Source of the DNA: Azolla caroliniana
Taxonomy: Eukaryota > Plantae > Polypodiophyta
Reading direction: 5' to 3'
Length of the DNA stretch: 64,000 nucleotides
Assembly: GCA_043228905.1 (NCBI GenBank)
Contig: JBHGNT010000010.1
Coordinates: forward strand, 15,872,001 to 15,936,000
A program made the position numbers and the translations under genes. Shown one piece after another: positions 25,854-40,000 of this stretch (the stretch's first letter is position 1; every line of letters begins with the position of its first letter). The notes beneath the pieces were generated by a model. It made no database searches, was not told the DNA's origin, and worked only from the letters and a program-made list of their open reading frames with translations.

Positions 25854-28375
25854 ATGGCACTCACGATGCTCTATTCCTTCCAACAAGGCTCACGTCCAGC
25901 CTTTGTCTACGCTTCCGAGTTCCGCCAGATTGCTTGTGATGTCAATTGGGATGACCAAGCCTTATGCGGCCATTTTCGTCGCGGCCTCCGAAACGGTTTC
26001 AAGACTCTTCACTTGAACTTTCCGGAGTCCACATCGTTGTCTCAAGTAATTTCCCAAGCTGTCCAATGTAATAATCGTATGTTCAACTTCCTCAGGAAGA
26101 ACGTTGGACTCGCGGGTTTCAGTCTTCCTCCTGAAACGCTTCAATAGCCAGGCCCTATGTCTGAGTTTCGCCCCCCACGCCAACCTTACCCACACCCAAT
26201 GATACTCATCCTACGATGGAGGTCAATTCCCATGCCCCGATGAAGATCGACCACGCTCGGTTCCAACCACTAACTGATGTCCAGCGCCAACATCGTCGTG
26301 CCAATGGCCTCTATCTCTATTGTGGTAACCCTGGCCATGTCATCCGCCACTGCCCGGTGCGGGGCCCCCGACACCAATTCTACCGTGCACGTCTTGCGGA
26401 GGTTCCTCAACAACAGGAAAATGACCAAGTCTGGCTGCAATAGAAGCCATGCCGCTGGACGCTTCCCGTTACCCACCTTCTCCATGCTCATACAACTCCA
26501 TTCCACCATTAGGGAGGTTTGCTTTGCAAGTAAGTCTTTGTTTTGGGTCAACATCAATACAATCTCATGCTTTGATCGACTCCGGAGCATCTACTTGTTT
26601 TATCGATATATCGTTTGTCTGTGCACATAATATCCCCACCATCTCCACATCACAACCCATATCCGTTGAAGCGATCGATGGCCAAGTTCTCTCTTTGGGA
26701 GCAATTATAGAAGTCATTATCCCGTTGGTACTTCAAGTCAGGCCCCACCATGAGGTACTAACCTTCTACCTCATTCAAACCCCCCGACATCCAATTTTTT
26801 TGGGGCTATCTTGGTTGCAGATACACAGTCTGATAGTGGATTGGTGCAATCACTCCATCACTTTTCCGGTACGGCCGATTCCGACTGGGTCACTAAATTC
26901 TCTTGATTCCGTTACATGATTAATTATATATTTCGAGAGTACCTCAATCACTTCGTGGTAATCTACCTTGACAACATCCTAGTTTATTCTTCCAAGTTAG
27001 AGGAGCACACATAACATGTCCGGCTAGTACTAACCAAACTTCGGGAATATGGGCTTTACGCCAAAAGTGAGAAATGTGAATTCCATCGAACCTCTATCGA
27101 ATTAGTGAGTTACATTATCTCACCCACTGGGATTACAATGGATAAGCACAAGGTAACAGCAATCACCGATTGGCCTCTCCTGACTCGACTAAAAGAGGTA
27201 CAATCATTTCTGGGTTTCGCAAATTTCTATAGAAGATTTATAGACGGGTTTTCTTCCCTCATGCAACCTCGTATCCAACTTACTTGAAAAGATACTCCAT
27301 TTCTCTGGACCCCCGCGGCACACAATGCTTTTGAGACTCTCAAAGCAGCTTTTCTCTCAACCCCGGTGTTGGTTCACCCTGACCGATGTTGAGACCGATG
27401 CCTCCGACTTCCCCATTAGTGCGGGTCTGTCCCAGCCAAACGACGATGGCACACTACATCTAGTCGCCTTCTACTCCTGAAAGTTTATAAGCCTCGGAAA
27501 TCAATTATCCAGTCTACAACAAGGAGCTTGCAGATATCATCTCTGCCTTCACTGAATGGCGACCCTATCTCGTTGGGGCCCAACATCGTATCCAGGTGCT
27601 AACCGACCACAAGAGTCTCATCTACTTCACCACCAATCATACGTTGAATCGGACACAAGATCGTTGGTCATCTTTTCTCGTCGATTACGACTTCGAAATC
27701 TTGTTCCGACCCAGTATTCAACATGGGAAAGTGAATGCCCTCTCTCAGCGACCAGATTTTGCGCTACGCCTAGGTGACGACGCATATTCTCAAAAATCAC
27801 ATTGTTTATTGCGGCCCGATCAACACCAGATGTTCGCAACCTACATGTTGTATGATGATTCCTTGCTCAACGAAATTGCCCAGGCCAGCATGTCAAACCC
27901 ATTCGCTACAGATATCCTAGCGCGCATCAACGACCCATCCCAGGGAATCCAACGCTCAAATCTCAGTCATTTTACAACTCAAGATGGGCTACTCTATCGT
28001 AATCACCTCCTTTATGTACCACCTGTAGCATGTCACACTCGAGTCCTACAAAATTGCCACGAGTCCTACTCTATCCTAATCACCTCCCCTTGTCGGCCAC
28101 TTTGGGGTCGCGAAAACATTGGAGTTTCTATCTCGGGAGTTTTGGTGGCCCCAACCTTGAAAATTTATCGAAGAATTTATCAAGACGTGTGACGTCTGTG
28201 CCCGTTCCAAAGCGGCTCACCATCGTCCATACGACCTTCTCCACCTACTTCCACTTCCTAGTCAACCATGGGCCTCTCTCTCGATGAACTTCATAACCAA
28301 CCTCCCTCGCGTCGGTGGCCATGACACGGTGCTAGTGATCGTCGATCGGTTTTCAAAGATGGCTCACTTTGTCCC

Positions 28376-31300
28376 TATAAAGAATCGGGTATGATTCTTG
28401 TGTAGCGGAATAGGTGAGAGATGTGCGTTATGTGAGTGTGTGTGAGAGAGAGTGCAAGAGACAAGGAGTAAGACACAAAGAATACGCAAGGTTAAGTATA
28501 TTAACAAAGGAGAAAGACTCAACATAATACAAGGTGGGAGGAGGGTGCTTTATATAGTTACCCTCTCTCTTCATTAACTACAAGACTCATGGAGCATGGG
28601 GAATGTGAAAGCTCATAAGTTATGTGTCATAGAATATGATTCTATGACTCATACTAAATGCTAGAATACAAAGTGGTGACATAATGGTGACTCTTGACCG
28701 TTGGAGTGTCTATTCACTCTCAAGGTGAGTTCACACACTAGACCAAGTTGAGCTTGATTCTCAACACGCCCCCTCAAGCTCAAGTCGGGTTGGTTTCAGA
28801 CGGTATCCGAAATCCGCTTCAACTCGCGTCGACTCATATTTATGCGGAGTTGCGGAATCCGTGCTCCAGCTTGCGTTGTGCGTAATTGCAAAGTCTGTGC
28901 TTCGGCTTGCGTCTTTCTTCGCGGCTTCGTTGCGCGGTTGCGGAATCCACGCGTTATTGTGTAGTGTCTTCAGTACTCCCCCTCAAGCTTGGCAGGTCAG
29001 GGATCTTCAATCCAAGATCGTTCATGAATTGCCATAGCTTGTCGGCCCCTAAGGCTTTAGTGAAGATGTCGTCCGTTTGAAGATTTGTGCTAATGTGTTG
29101 TAGGTCGACATCGCCAACTAGAACGCACTCTCGGATGAAGTGATAGTGCACTTCACTGTGCTTTGTCCGTGCGTGGAACACTAGGTTCCGAGCCAGATAG
29201 ATATTGCTCATGTTGTCACAGTAAAGGGAAGTCGGATCCTTGATGGGTACGTCGAGATCCTTGAGTATCCTTTTGAGCCATACAACTTCACATGCGGCCA
29301 CTACCGCGCCCCTGTATTCCGCCTCTATGCTCGAAAGAGCGACGGTTGGTTGCTTTTTGTTGCTCCAGGATATTGCTCTGTTGTCGAGGGAGAAAACAAA
29401 TCCGGAGGTTGATCTTCTATCGGCTTTGTAGACGGCCCAATCGGTGTCTGTGTACCCCTCGAGTCGTATTGGCATCGCAGTCTTGTAGAGGATGCCGCAA
29501 TCCATTGTGCCGCTCACGTATCGTAGAACTCGCTTAGCGCAATCCAAGTGAGTATCACGCGGGTGTTTGCATGAATTGGCTAAGAAGACCGACCGGATAA
29601 CTGAGATCGGGTCGAGTGATTGTGAGGTAGATGAGACTCCCGATGAGTTGCCGATACTGAGTCGGATCACACGCTTTGGTGCCAGAGTCTGCATCTAGTT
29701 TGAGATTGCGATCGAGCGGGGTTGCCACGGATTTGCACTCAGCCATACCGAACTTGTATAACAAGTTGAGGATGTAGTGCCGTTGAGAGATCATGATTCC
29801 GGCTGGAGTCCGAATTACCTCGATGCCGAGGAAGTAGTGGAGCTCCTTCATGTCTGTCATCTCGAACTTGTCAAAAATGAGGGATTTGACCTTATTGATT
29901 TCGACGAGATGCTCGCTTCCAATGACTAGGTAATCCACATATAAGATGATGACGAGTGGACTTGCGGAATCGCTTCATATGTAGAGGGAGTTGTCCGATT
30001 TTGACATACGGAAGCCGATTTGATGAAGATATTGCGTTATCTTCGAATGCCAAGCACGCGGTGCTTGCTTGAGGCCGTAGAGTGGCTTCTTGAGTCGGCA
30101 TACAACTTTCGGATGGGTGCTCGAGTTGAAGCCGGGTGGTTGTATCATGTACACCTCCTCTTCTAATTCGCCTTGTAGAAAGGCGTTCTTTATGTCCTTT
30201 TGATGAAGGTGCCACCCTTTCACCGCAACAAGTGCAATTACGGTCCGTACCGTCGTCATCTTTGCCACCGGGACAAAGGTCTCCTCTTGGTCAACTCCGT
30301 TTGTTTGGGCATAGCCTTTCGCTACGAGTCGCGCTTTGTAGTGGTTGATGGAACCGTCGGCGTTGTGCTTCACTTTGTAAATCCATCTGCATCCAATCGC
30401 CTTTTTGTGTGGTGAGGTGGGAACGAGATCCGACGTCTTGTTCTTGCGTAGTGCCTGCATCTCCCTGTTCATGGCTTCGATCCATCGCGGATCCTTGGCT
30501 ACTTCGGAAAATGTTTCCGGCTCGCGTACTATCGGCACCTTCATCATAAAGGCATAATGATATGCCATGTAGTCATTGTAGCCGAATCGGCTGACCGGAT
30601 TCTTTTCACGGGTGGAGCGACGGAGCTTTTCACTTGCAGAGATGAGGGCTTTCTTAGCTCCGATTGGTACATCGAAGCCGCCAAACTCATTGTCGAGTGA
30701 GTGAGTCGACTCATCGTCGTCGAAGCGATCGTCTTCGTATTCCGACATTTTTGCCTTGCCTTTGTCCATCTTCGGGCTAGGCCGTGATGTGCTTTGATCG
30801 CTCAAAGGCTCTTGTGGTCCGCTCAGTCGGGTCGTGATCGGACTTTCTTCAAATATGCGCGTAAGGCGATCTTTATCCTCTATCTCTTGTTCGGTAGATT
30901 CCGGGTCAAGCGGAGTCAGAGTCGAAGTTGTCTTTGGTGCGTACCAGGATGCGGACTCGTCAAAAACAATGTCTCGACTTACTCAAGATTTTCGAGTTGA
31001 GGGGTTGTAGCACTTGTACCCCTTTTGCTCCAGTGAGTATCCTACGAGGATACATTTCTCCGACTTCGGGTCAAGCTTTTGACGCTTCTCATCAGGGATG
31101 TGCACGTACACTATCGCGTCGAATATCCGGGTGTGCAATAAGTCTGGCTTCTTTCCGAAGTATTTTTCGTGCGGAGTGACCTCGTGCACGCCGGATGTTG
31201 TGCATCGGTTCATTAGGTAGACTGTCATATTTGCAGCTTCGGCCCAATATGACTTGGGCATATGCTTCTCGTTCATCATGGCCCGCACTACTTCGAGGAT

Positions 31301-31393
31301 GTGTCGATTTTTGCGCTCGGCTACTCCGTTTTGTTGTGGAGTGTGTCGGCAAGTGAATTCTCGCTGAATTCCTTCCTTTCGGAGATACGCTGT
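28376..31393 (-). mobile_element. Ty1/copia 3' half (integrase-RT-RNaseH, 3' LTR 28376-28766); same family as the 58421 element
   Basis: Integrase ([14 protein letters not shown]), RT and RNaseH ORFs; LTR homologous to 58421-58812. Confidence 0.93.
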
Positions 31394-34058
31394 TGTCACG
31401 TTGTTAAGCGCGTGCGTGTGGAAGGGCGGGACCACGGGGGTCTCGGACTAGGGAAGAGGGGAAGCCGTGAAGACGATTCCCGACGGGTTCCAGAAGCCAC
31501 CGAACGGGAGAGAGAAAGAGAGAGAACGCGCACTTGACTCCGACTCACACCCACACACACACCACGCCAAACCAACTCACGCCCTTATGTACAGAAACAC
31601 AGGGAAGGGAACACCAAGACACCCATACAAACAGAGACACGAGTATGCACAGATGGATACTAGTATGTATATTACAAAGGGGAAGAATACAATCCCGGCT
31701 TCGAGCCGGACCATGGTAGGGTAGGTTACAGCAGCAGTCTGCTGCCAAGCCGTCGTCCGGGGAGCTCTCGGGCTCGTCATGCGGAGCGAGGTCTTGCACA
31801 GGAGACCTAGCAGAGACAACCCTCAACGGTCGACCTCCCCGCCAAGAAGAAGAAGAAGAAGAAGAAAACTAACTCTAAACCTAACGGTATACCCTCTAAC
31901 ACAAAACGGGCAACCCTTTCACAAAGGGCGCTCCCTTCCTTTTATAGAACAAGGAGAGGGATGCGTTACAATGTGGGATAAATCCCGACTTACATGGGAT
32001 CGTCTGTCTCGACTTGACTACTCTTCGGCGCCATAAAGGCGCCCTCGTTATTCACACTAAATATACAAGGGTGAGCACACATGCTGCACCCCGCCGATGT
32101 AGCCAATGTTTCCCGGTTTCCGCCTCTGGCCGAAATTCTTCACGACATCCGCCCCCACCAAACCGCACGTGCCAAATCCGGTGAAGGGTGAGAGATTTCG
32201 GCCGGTGAGAAATCGGTCAACCGTGATCCGCATCCCGGCTTGCTGCCGGTTCGAACCATCGGCTTCGGTTCTTCCTTCGCGCTTACCTCCCCGTAGGCTC
32301 GTTCGATCCGTCGATGGGTCCTTCACCGCGATCTCCATAGTACGCGTACTTCCGCTGGCCCTTGTTCAACCATATGCACGCCCCTCTCTCCACCGTATGC
32401 CCGATGTCCTCCGCTTGAGGAATGCTCGTAGTGGCCCGCTTCGCCTTTCTCGTTTTGTGGTGCTGCAACAGGTCCTGAGTCTTCCGCTTGTCGTCATCCC
32501 CTCATCCCCACCAGCTTGTCATCCCGGCTTGCTGTGTCAATCTTCGCTACTCTGACTGAGCTGCCGAGATCTACGAAGCGAGTGTGGAGGATCCTCCTCC
32601 GGACTCTCTTGTCATCCCCTGACTCCGACCCTGTGCAATCCACTATGCACTCGTCACCTCGTTCCCGACACCTCCCTTGTGCCGTCTTCCGCTTCCTTTG
32701 TTCGGCTCCGCCCGTGCCGAACACCGTCCCGTAGTCACGCTTCGATCCGGCCCGCGATGGCCACTTGCAAGACTCTTGTTCTGTCCCAGGTGTGCCTTTC
32801 CAGCCTGACACACCTCCCCATGTTTGCCCCTACCGGTTCCTTCCGAAACCGTAACCGGCCGGTGAGGGTTTCGCACTTTGTCCACCCGTCTTACCGGCTC
32901 CCTATCCGCTACCTCGTGTCGTTGGGTCCCGTTCCCTGCCGCCACCATCCTTCTCCCTAGGTCTCACGTTGCCACGTTGGCCGAACTGCCGGAGTCTCCG
33001 GATCGGTGTGAGGGTCCCATAGGACCGGACTCCGTTTCTATGCTTGCCGAAATTCGGGTGTCTTTTGTCGGAGTCCTTCACGACTCTCCTCGTGTCTTCC
33101 CCGTAGCCGGGTTCCGTCTTCGTGTTGTTGGGTCCCGTTTCCCGCCGCCACCAACCTTCTCTCTCGGTCTCATGTTGCCACGTTGGCCGAACTGCCGGAG
33201 TCTCTGGTTCGGTGTGGGGATCCCGTAGGACCGGACTTCCTCATGCCCATTGACCTTGCCGGAAGGTCCAATTCGGTTCGTACCCGCCTCACCGGCCTGA
33301 TACCTTCTTTCTCTGCTTCCGTCGTCCGGTCACGTTCACCTGCCACCACCGTCCTCTCCTATTGGACTCACGCCGGCACTCGGACCAACAGCCGAATCGG
33401 TGTGAGGATCTCCGCAAACCGCCCATCCGCAGCTCTTTGCCTCGTCACCTCGTCGCCACCGTCAGTATCTTGGTCTTACGTCGACCGCGTTGCCGACTCT
33501 CGAAGTCTCTAGAACCGGTGTGAAGGATCCTCCTTGGGCCTCCGATTTGTCTTCCTGACACTGTCTCGAGTCGTCCTTTTCCGCATGCCGAGAGGGCGGT
33601 TTACTCCGCACCCTCTCTCGTGGTACCGACGTACGGTCTCCTTGGCCTCTTTGTAGGCCTGCTCTCTTCCTCCCTCCCGGAATGGTCATCCGGGAGTCCG
33701 CTCCGCCCGGTTCTCGTCCGGGTCCGTTCGTCCTTCTCCGGATTGCCGGGTCCCGTTCTCCTGTCGCCACCAGCCTCTCCCTAGGTCTCACGTTGCCACG
33801 TTGGCCGAACTTCCGGGGCCTCCGGACTAGTGTGGGGACCCTGTAGGACCGGTCTTCGTTCTCCTCTTCCTCCCTTGTACTTCTCCCGAACTCGTCGTTT
33901 CTCTCCTCTTCGCGTTCTCGCCTCCATCCTCCATCTCTTTCGGTCTCACGTTGCCACGTCGGCCGAACTACCGAAGTCTCTGGATAGGACGTGGGGTAAC
34001 CGATTCTTGCAACGTCTTTCAGCGACTCGTCCGGACCACTGCCCCTTTTAGTGGTGTC
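31394..34058 (-). mobile_element. 3' part of a gypsy-like non-autonomous element related to the 13252 element (LTR 31394-32147)
   Basis: TGTCAC...CGACA LTR. The PPT region GTGCGGTTTGGTGGGGGCGGA resembles 15983-16004. An internal repeat GTTGCCACGTTGGCCGAACT occurs 4 times, encoding ..TWQRET.. like the QRET/QCET repeats of the 14020 ORF. Confidence 0.75.
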
Positions 34059-37000
34059 GGAAATGCTTCTCATCCTACTCAGCCGGTGACCACGGCTGTG
34101 TCCGGATGGGGAATGAAATTGTCGGCATAGGAGACGTGTGGCTGTCAACACCAACCGGATCCAAGTTGCTGTTGAAAGATGTCCGACACGTTCCGGAGGT
34201 TCGTCTAAACCTGATATCAGCCGGTCGGCAAGATGATGAAGGCTACACGGGTAGCATCCGAAACGGGGTCATGAAGTTCAGCAAAGGGAGCCTGATCGTG
34301 GCTCGGGCTCGGAAGGTCAACACGTTGTACCTCATGAATGCCCGGTTATGTCCGGAAGAAGTGAACGTGGAATCCGACACTGCCAGTGAGCTGTGGCACA
34401 AGAGGTTGTGTCATATGAGCGAGACGGGGATAAAGAGCCTTGCAGAAGACAACCTCATTCCAGTGAAGAACGTGCACTTAGAGAAGTGCACTGATTGTCT
34501 GGCCGGTAAGCAGAACCAGACCTCCTTCCGACCAAGGCCACCGATGAGACGTAATGCACCATTGGAGTTGGTGCATACGAATGTGTGTCAAGTAGACACG
34601 AAGTCACATGCCGGAGCGCAGTACCTCGTGACGTTCATAGATGACCACAGTGGGAAGCTGTGAGCCACACCGTTGAAGACAAAGGATCAGGTGTTATCCG
34701 TCTTCAAAGAGCTCCACGCGAGAGTGGAAAGAGAAGCCGGCCGAAAGCTGAAGGCGGTTCGAGCAGATAACGGAGGAGAATACCGGGGGCAGTTCGAGGA
34801 GTACTACCACTCGAAGGGAATCCGGCTCGAATTTATCGTGCCGAAGACACCAGAACTAAACGGGCTGGCCAAGAGGATGAACCAGACCATAATGGAGAGG
34901 GTCCGGAGTATGCTAGCGCATGCAAAACTACCCAAGAAGTTTTGGGCTGAGGCACTGTCGACGGCGACATACGTGATAAATAGATCACCCTCAGTACCCT
35001 TGGACGGAGACACGCCACAGAGAGTGTGGACCGGTAAGGAAGTATCCTACCGGCATCTGAAGGTGTTCGGGTGTCTCGCGTACGTGCAAGTAGCAAAGGA
35101 CCGGAGAGGAAAGTTAGATCCAAAGACCCGGCCATGCATATTCCTCGGTTACGGTGACAATGAGTTCGGCTACCGAGTGTGGGACCCGGTCGACAAGAAG
35201 GTATTCCGGAGTCGAGTTATTATCTTCATGGAGGACAAGACGCTCGCCGACTGGGAGTCGGAGAAGAAGATAATGAACTCCGAGTCGACCGGTAAGGATC
35301 GACTCTACGATGAGCAGACCCAACCGGCAAGAGACCGGTTAGCACTCGAGGGACCAGCCGGTTACGGTGAGGATACCGAACAGGCTGAGGAAGAAGTAGA
35401 GGAAGCTGAAACCGGAACCGGCCAAGACCCCGAATCGGATTCGGATGAAGAGAAAATGGAGGAGCTGGTTACCGAAGCCCGAAGACGAAGATATCCTCTC
35501 AGAGAGAGAAGGGCCCCTCGGAGATTTCCGGATGCAGAGCATGTTCTGCTGACCGATGAGGGGGAGCCGGAGAGCTTTGAAGAAGCGAAGGATGACGCCC
35601 ACAACCGCAAATGGTTAAGTGCCATGTAGGATGAGATGGATTCCCTGCATGAGAACCATACGTACGAATTGGTGGAGTTGCCGAAAGGAAAGCGGGCACT
35701 CCGAAACAAGTGGGTGTACAAGTTGAAACCGGGAGATGCCGGCAACCCCCAGAGATACAAAGCCAGGAGAAGGGGTTCCAGCAGAAGAAGGGTGTGGACT
35801 TCGATGAGATATTTGCTCCGATTGTAAAGATGACTCCATCCGCACGGTGCTGAGTATAGCGGCAAGCATGGACCTTGAGGTAGAGTAGCTGGACGTGAAG
35901 ACGACATTCCTTCACGGCGACCTCGAAGAGGAGATCTACATGCAGCAACCGGAAGGATTCGTGGAGAAAGGGAAGGAGTACTTGGTTTGCCGGTTGAAGA
36001 AGAGCCTCTACGGGTTGAAGCAGGCCCCCCGGCAATGGTACCGGAAGTTCGACTCCTTCATGACCGATCAAGGGTACCACAAGACACAGGCCGATCACTG
36101 CGTGTTTGTGAAGAAGTTCGAAGGAGGGGACTTCCTGATACTCCTTCTATACGTGGACGACATGTTGATCGTCGAACGTGACCAAGTCAAATTACGGATG
36201 CTGAAGAACGCTCTCAACCGGACCTTCTCAATGAAAGACTTGGGTCCGGCAAGACAGATGCTGGGGATGCACATCATTCGGGACCGGTCAGCGAAGCAAT
36301 TATGGTTGTCACAGGAGAAGTATGTGACAAAGGTGCTTCACCGGTTCAACATGTCAGAAGCGAAACCGGTCGGATCGACACTTCCGGCAAATTGCAGGCT
36401 ATCCGGCAAGCAAAACCCGAAGACGAAAGCAGAGAAGGCGGATATGATGAAGAGCCCATATGCCTCTGCCGTCGGGAGCTTGATGTACGCAATGGTTTGT
36501 ACTCGACCGGATATAGGATACGCAGTCGGAGTGGTGAGCCGGTTTATGAGCAATCCCGGCAAGGAGCACTGGAACGCGGTCAAATGGATACTCCGGTATT
36601 TGAAGGGCACTTCAAATATGTGTCTCCGATTCGGCTCAGGAAAACCTCAACTGGACGGTTTCACCGATTCGGACATGTCGGCTGATGTGGATACCAGCCG
36701 GTCTACATCCGGGTATGTGATGACATATGCAGGGGGAGCTGTTTTGTGGTAGTCGAGGCTGCAGAAGACTGTTGCATTGTCAACCACGGAGGCGGAGTAC
36801 ATGGCGGCTGTGGAAGCCGGCAAGGAAATTTTATGGATGAAGGACTTCATCGGAGAGCTCAGTATACGGCAAGAGGAATACCGACTCTACTGCGACAGTC
36901 AAAGTGCCATCCACCTTGCTAAGAATGTGGCCTACCATTCCCGGACGAAGCATATCCAGCGGAGGTATCACTGGATCCAGGAAAGAGTAGATGACAAGGA

Positions 37001-40000
37001 GTTCGCACTGACGAAGATCCACACGGCAGAGAACGGGTCAGATATGCTGACCAAAGTGCTGACACCTGACAAGCTGGACGCATGCCGGAAGAGAATCGGA
37101 CTGGTAGGACACCCCACGCCGGAGTGAAGGGGGAGTTTGTTGGGAGACAGGTCCCTCCGGATGGGAAGGGAGAAGATTAGTGCCGATGAACAAACTCGGT
37201 CGAGGCCGAAGACCGGATGAGGTGGACCCGGCCACGGAGAGCCGGATGATGCAGACCCGGTGAAGACCGGATGAGGAGTACCTGGCTACGGAGAGCCGGA
37301 TGATGCAGACCCGGTGAAGACCGGATGAGGAGTACCTGGCTACGGAGAGCCGGATGATGCAGACCCGGTGAAGACTGGATGAGGAGTACCTGGCTACGGA
37401 GAGCCGGATGATACAGACCCGGTGTGAACCGGATGAGGAGTACCCGGCTACGGAGAGCCGGATGGTGCAAGCCCGGTATGAACCGGATGAGGAGTACTCA
37501 GCTACGGAGAGCCGGATGGTGCAGGCCCGGTATGAACCGGATGAGGAGACATATTCGTAAATATGCTTCTGAGAGCCTATCGAGGCTACATTTGTAAATA
37601 GCCGAAAAGTCATATTAGTATAAATATGACTTAGGGCAAAACTTTTAGTTACTATTGTTGTCATTTTTTTTCTTGTTGGTGCAAGAAGAAGTTCTTCTCC
37701 TCTTTGTGTCGTGCGTTTCATTTTCCGTTTTCTGTGTATGATCCTAAGCTCGGTTGTGGCCGAGCGTTGCGTATAGGGAGCGTTCTGTTCCCGTCAAGTG
37801 GTATCAGAGCAAAACGACACAGAAAATGGATGAATCGTTTGGCGGCATGTTTAAGCTCACCGGCTCCAACTATTCAGTGTGGAAGTCGAAGATGAGGGAC
37901 ATGCTCGTGGTTAAAGATCTCTGGCTGCCGGTTCAGTTCGGGGACAAGAGACCGGACAAAATCGACGCCGCGATATGGGAGGTGATGCACATGAAGACAA
38001 CGGCGTACATACGGTGCTTCATCGACATGAGCCTATACAACAACTTCAATGAAGAGAGCAAGGCTCATGAGCTCTGGGAGAAGATCGGCATAATGTTTCA
38101 AAACAAAAATGTCGTTAATCAGGTTTTGGTATTCCGAAAGCTAGTAAGACTCCGGTACCAAGATGGCTCCAGCATGGCGGAGCACATGAATGCCTTCCAG
38201 GGGCTGATACACCAGGCAACATCATTGGAAGTACCTCTCGCCGACGAGGTACTAGCGCTACTCCTGCTCGGATCCCTCCCGGATAGCTGGGAGACGTTGG
38301 TTGTCACTTTGGGCAACGCCGGGCCGAAAGGAAAGCGGTTATCCCTAGCAAGAGTAAAGTTGAGCTTGCTAGATGAGGAGGCGCGTCGGAAAGATAAAGA
38401 TACGAGCTCTGACTCCAAAGCGCTCCTTACCGAATCGGAACGCGGAAGACATAGAAACCGTAGTCCCTAGAACCGGGAGAAGTCGGGGACACGGTCAAAG
38501 TCAAGGGGGAGGCCCACTTGCTTCTATTGCGGCAAGCCGGGACACTTCCAAAAGAACTGTTGGCATTTCCGAAAAGATAAGGAGACCGACGGTACCGATT
38601 CGAAGCGGACCCCGGACCGGAACGGTAAAGACCAGAGGGGGCCAGACCAGAAGGGAACGACGGCAATCGTGGCAAGTGAAGAAGAGTTGATGCTCATCAC
38701 CGAGGAGAGTGACATAAACCTTGCCGGCGACGAGATGACCTGGGTGGTAGACTCCGGAGCGTCATTCCACCTTACCCCGGACCGGAAATGCTTCTCATCC
38801 TACTCAGTCGGTGATCACGGCTGTGTCCGGATGGGGAATGAAGGTACATGCCGAATTGTTGGCATAGGAGACGTGTGGCTGTCAACACCAACCGGATACA
38901 AGTTGTTGCTGAAGGATGTTCGACACGTTCCGGAGGTTCGACTGAACCTGATATCAGCCGGTCAACTAGATGATGAAGGCTACACGGGTAGCATCCGGAA
39001 CGGTGTCATGAAGTTCAGCAAAGGGAGCCTGATTGTGGCTCGGGCCCAGAAGGTAAACACGTTGTACCTCATGAATGCCTGGTTATGTCCGGAAGAAGTG
39101 AACGTGGCATCCGACACTGCCGGTGAGCTGTGGCACAAGAGGCTGTGTCATATGAGCAAGAAGGGGATGAAGAGGCTTGTAGACGACAACCTCATTCCAG
39201 TGAAGAACGTGCACTTAGAGAAGTGCACTGATTGTCTGGCCGGTAAGCAGAATCGGACCTCCTTCCGACCAAGGCCACCGATGAGACGTAATGCACCACT
39301 GGAGTTGGTGCATACGGATGTGTGTCAAGTAGACACGAAGTCACATGCCGGAGCGCAATACTTCGTGACGTTCATAGATGACCACAGCCGGAAGCTGTGG
39401 GCCACACCGTTGAAGACGAAGGATCAGGTGTTATCCGTCTTCAAAGAGCTCCACGCGAGAGTTGAAAGAGAAACCGGCCGGAAGCTGAAGGTGGTTCGAG
39501 CAGATAATAGAGGAGAATACCAGGGCCAGTTCGAGGAGTACTGCCACTCGAAGGGAATACGGCTCGATTTTACCGTGCCGAAGACGCCGGAACTAAACGG
39601 ACTGGCCGAGAGGATGAACTGGACCATAATGGAGAGGGTCCGGAGTATGCTAGCACATGCAAAACTACCCAAGAAGTTTTGGGCTGAGGCACTGTCGACG
39701 ACGACATATGTAATAATTAGATCACCCTCAGTACCCTTGGACGGAGACACGCCACAGAGAGTGTGGACCGGTAAGGAAGTATCCTACCGGCATCTGAAGG
39801 TGTTCGGGTGTCTCACGTATGTGCATGTAGCTAAGGACTCGAGAGGAAAGTTAGATCCAAAGACCCGGCCATGCATACTCCTCGGTTACGGTGACGATGA
39901 GTTCGACTACCGAGTGTGGGACCTGGTCGACAAGAAGGTATTCCGGAGTTGAGATATTATCTTCATGGAGGACAAGACGCTCGCCGACTGGGAGTCGGAG

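Noticed and set aside
37038-37721. 227-aa repetitive ORF and similar ORFs at 41.7-43.8 kb
   Set aside because: These are translations of the U3 tandem repeat on the antisense strand.
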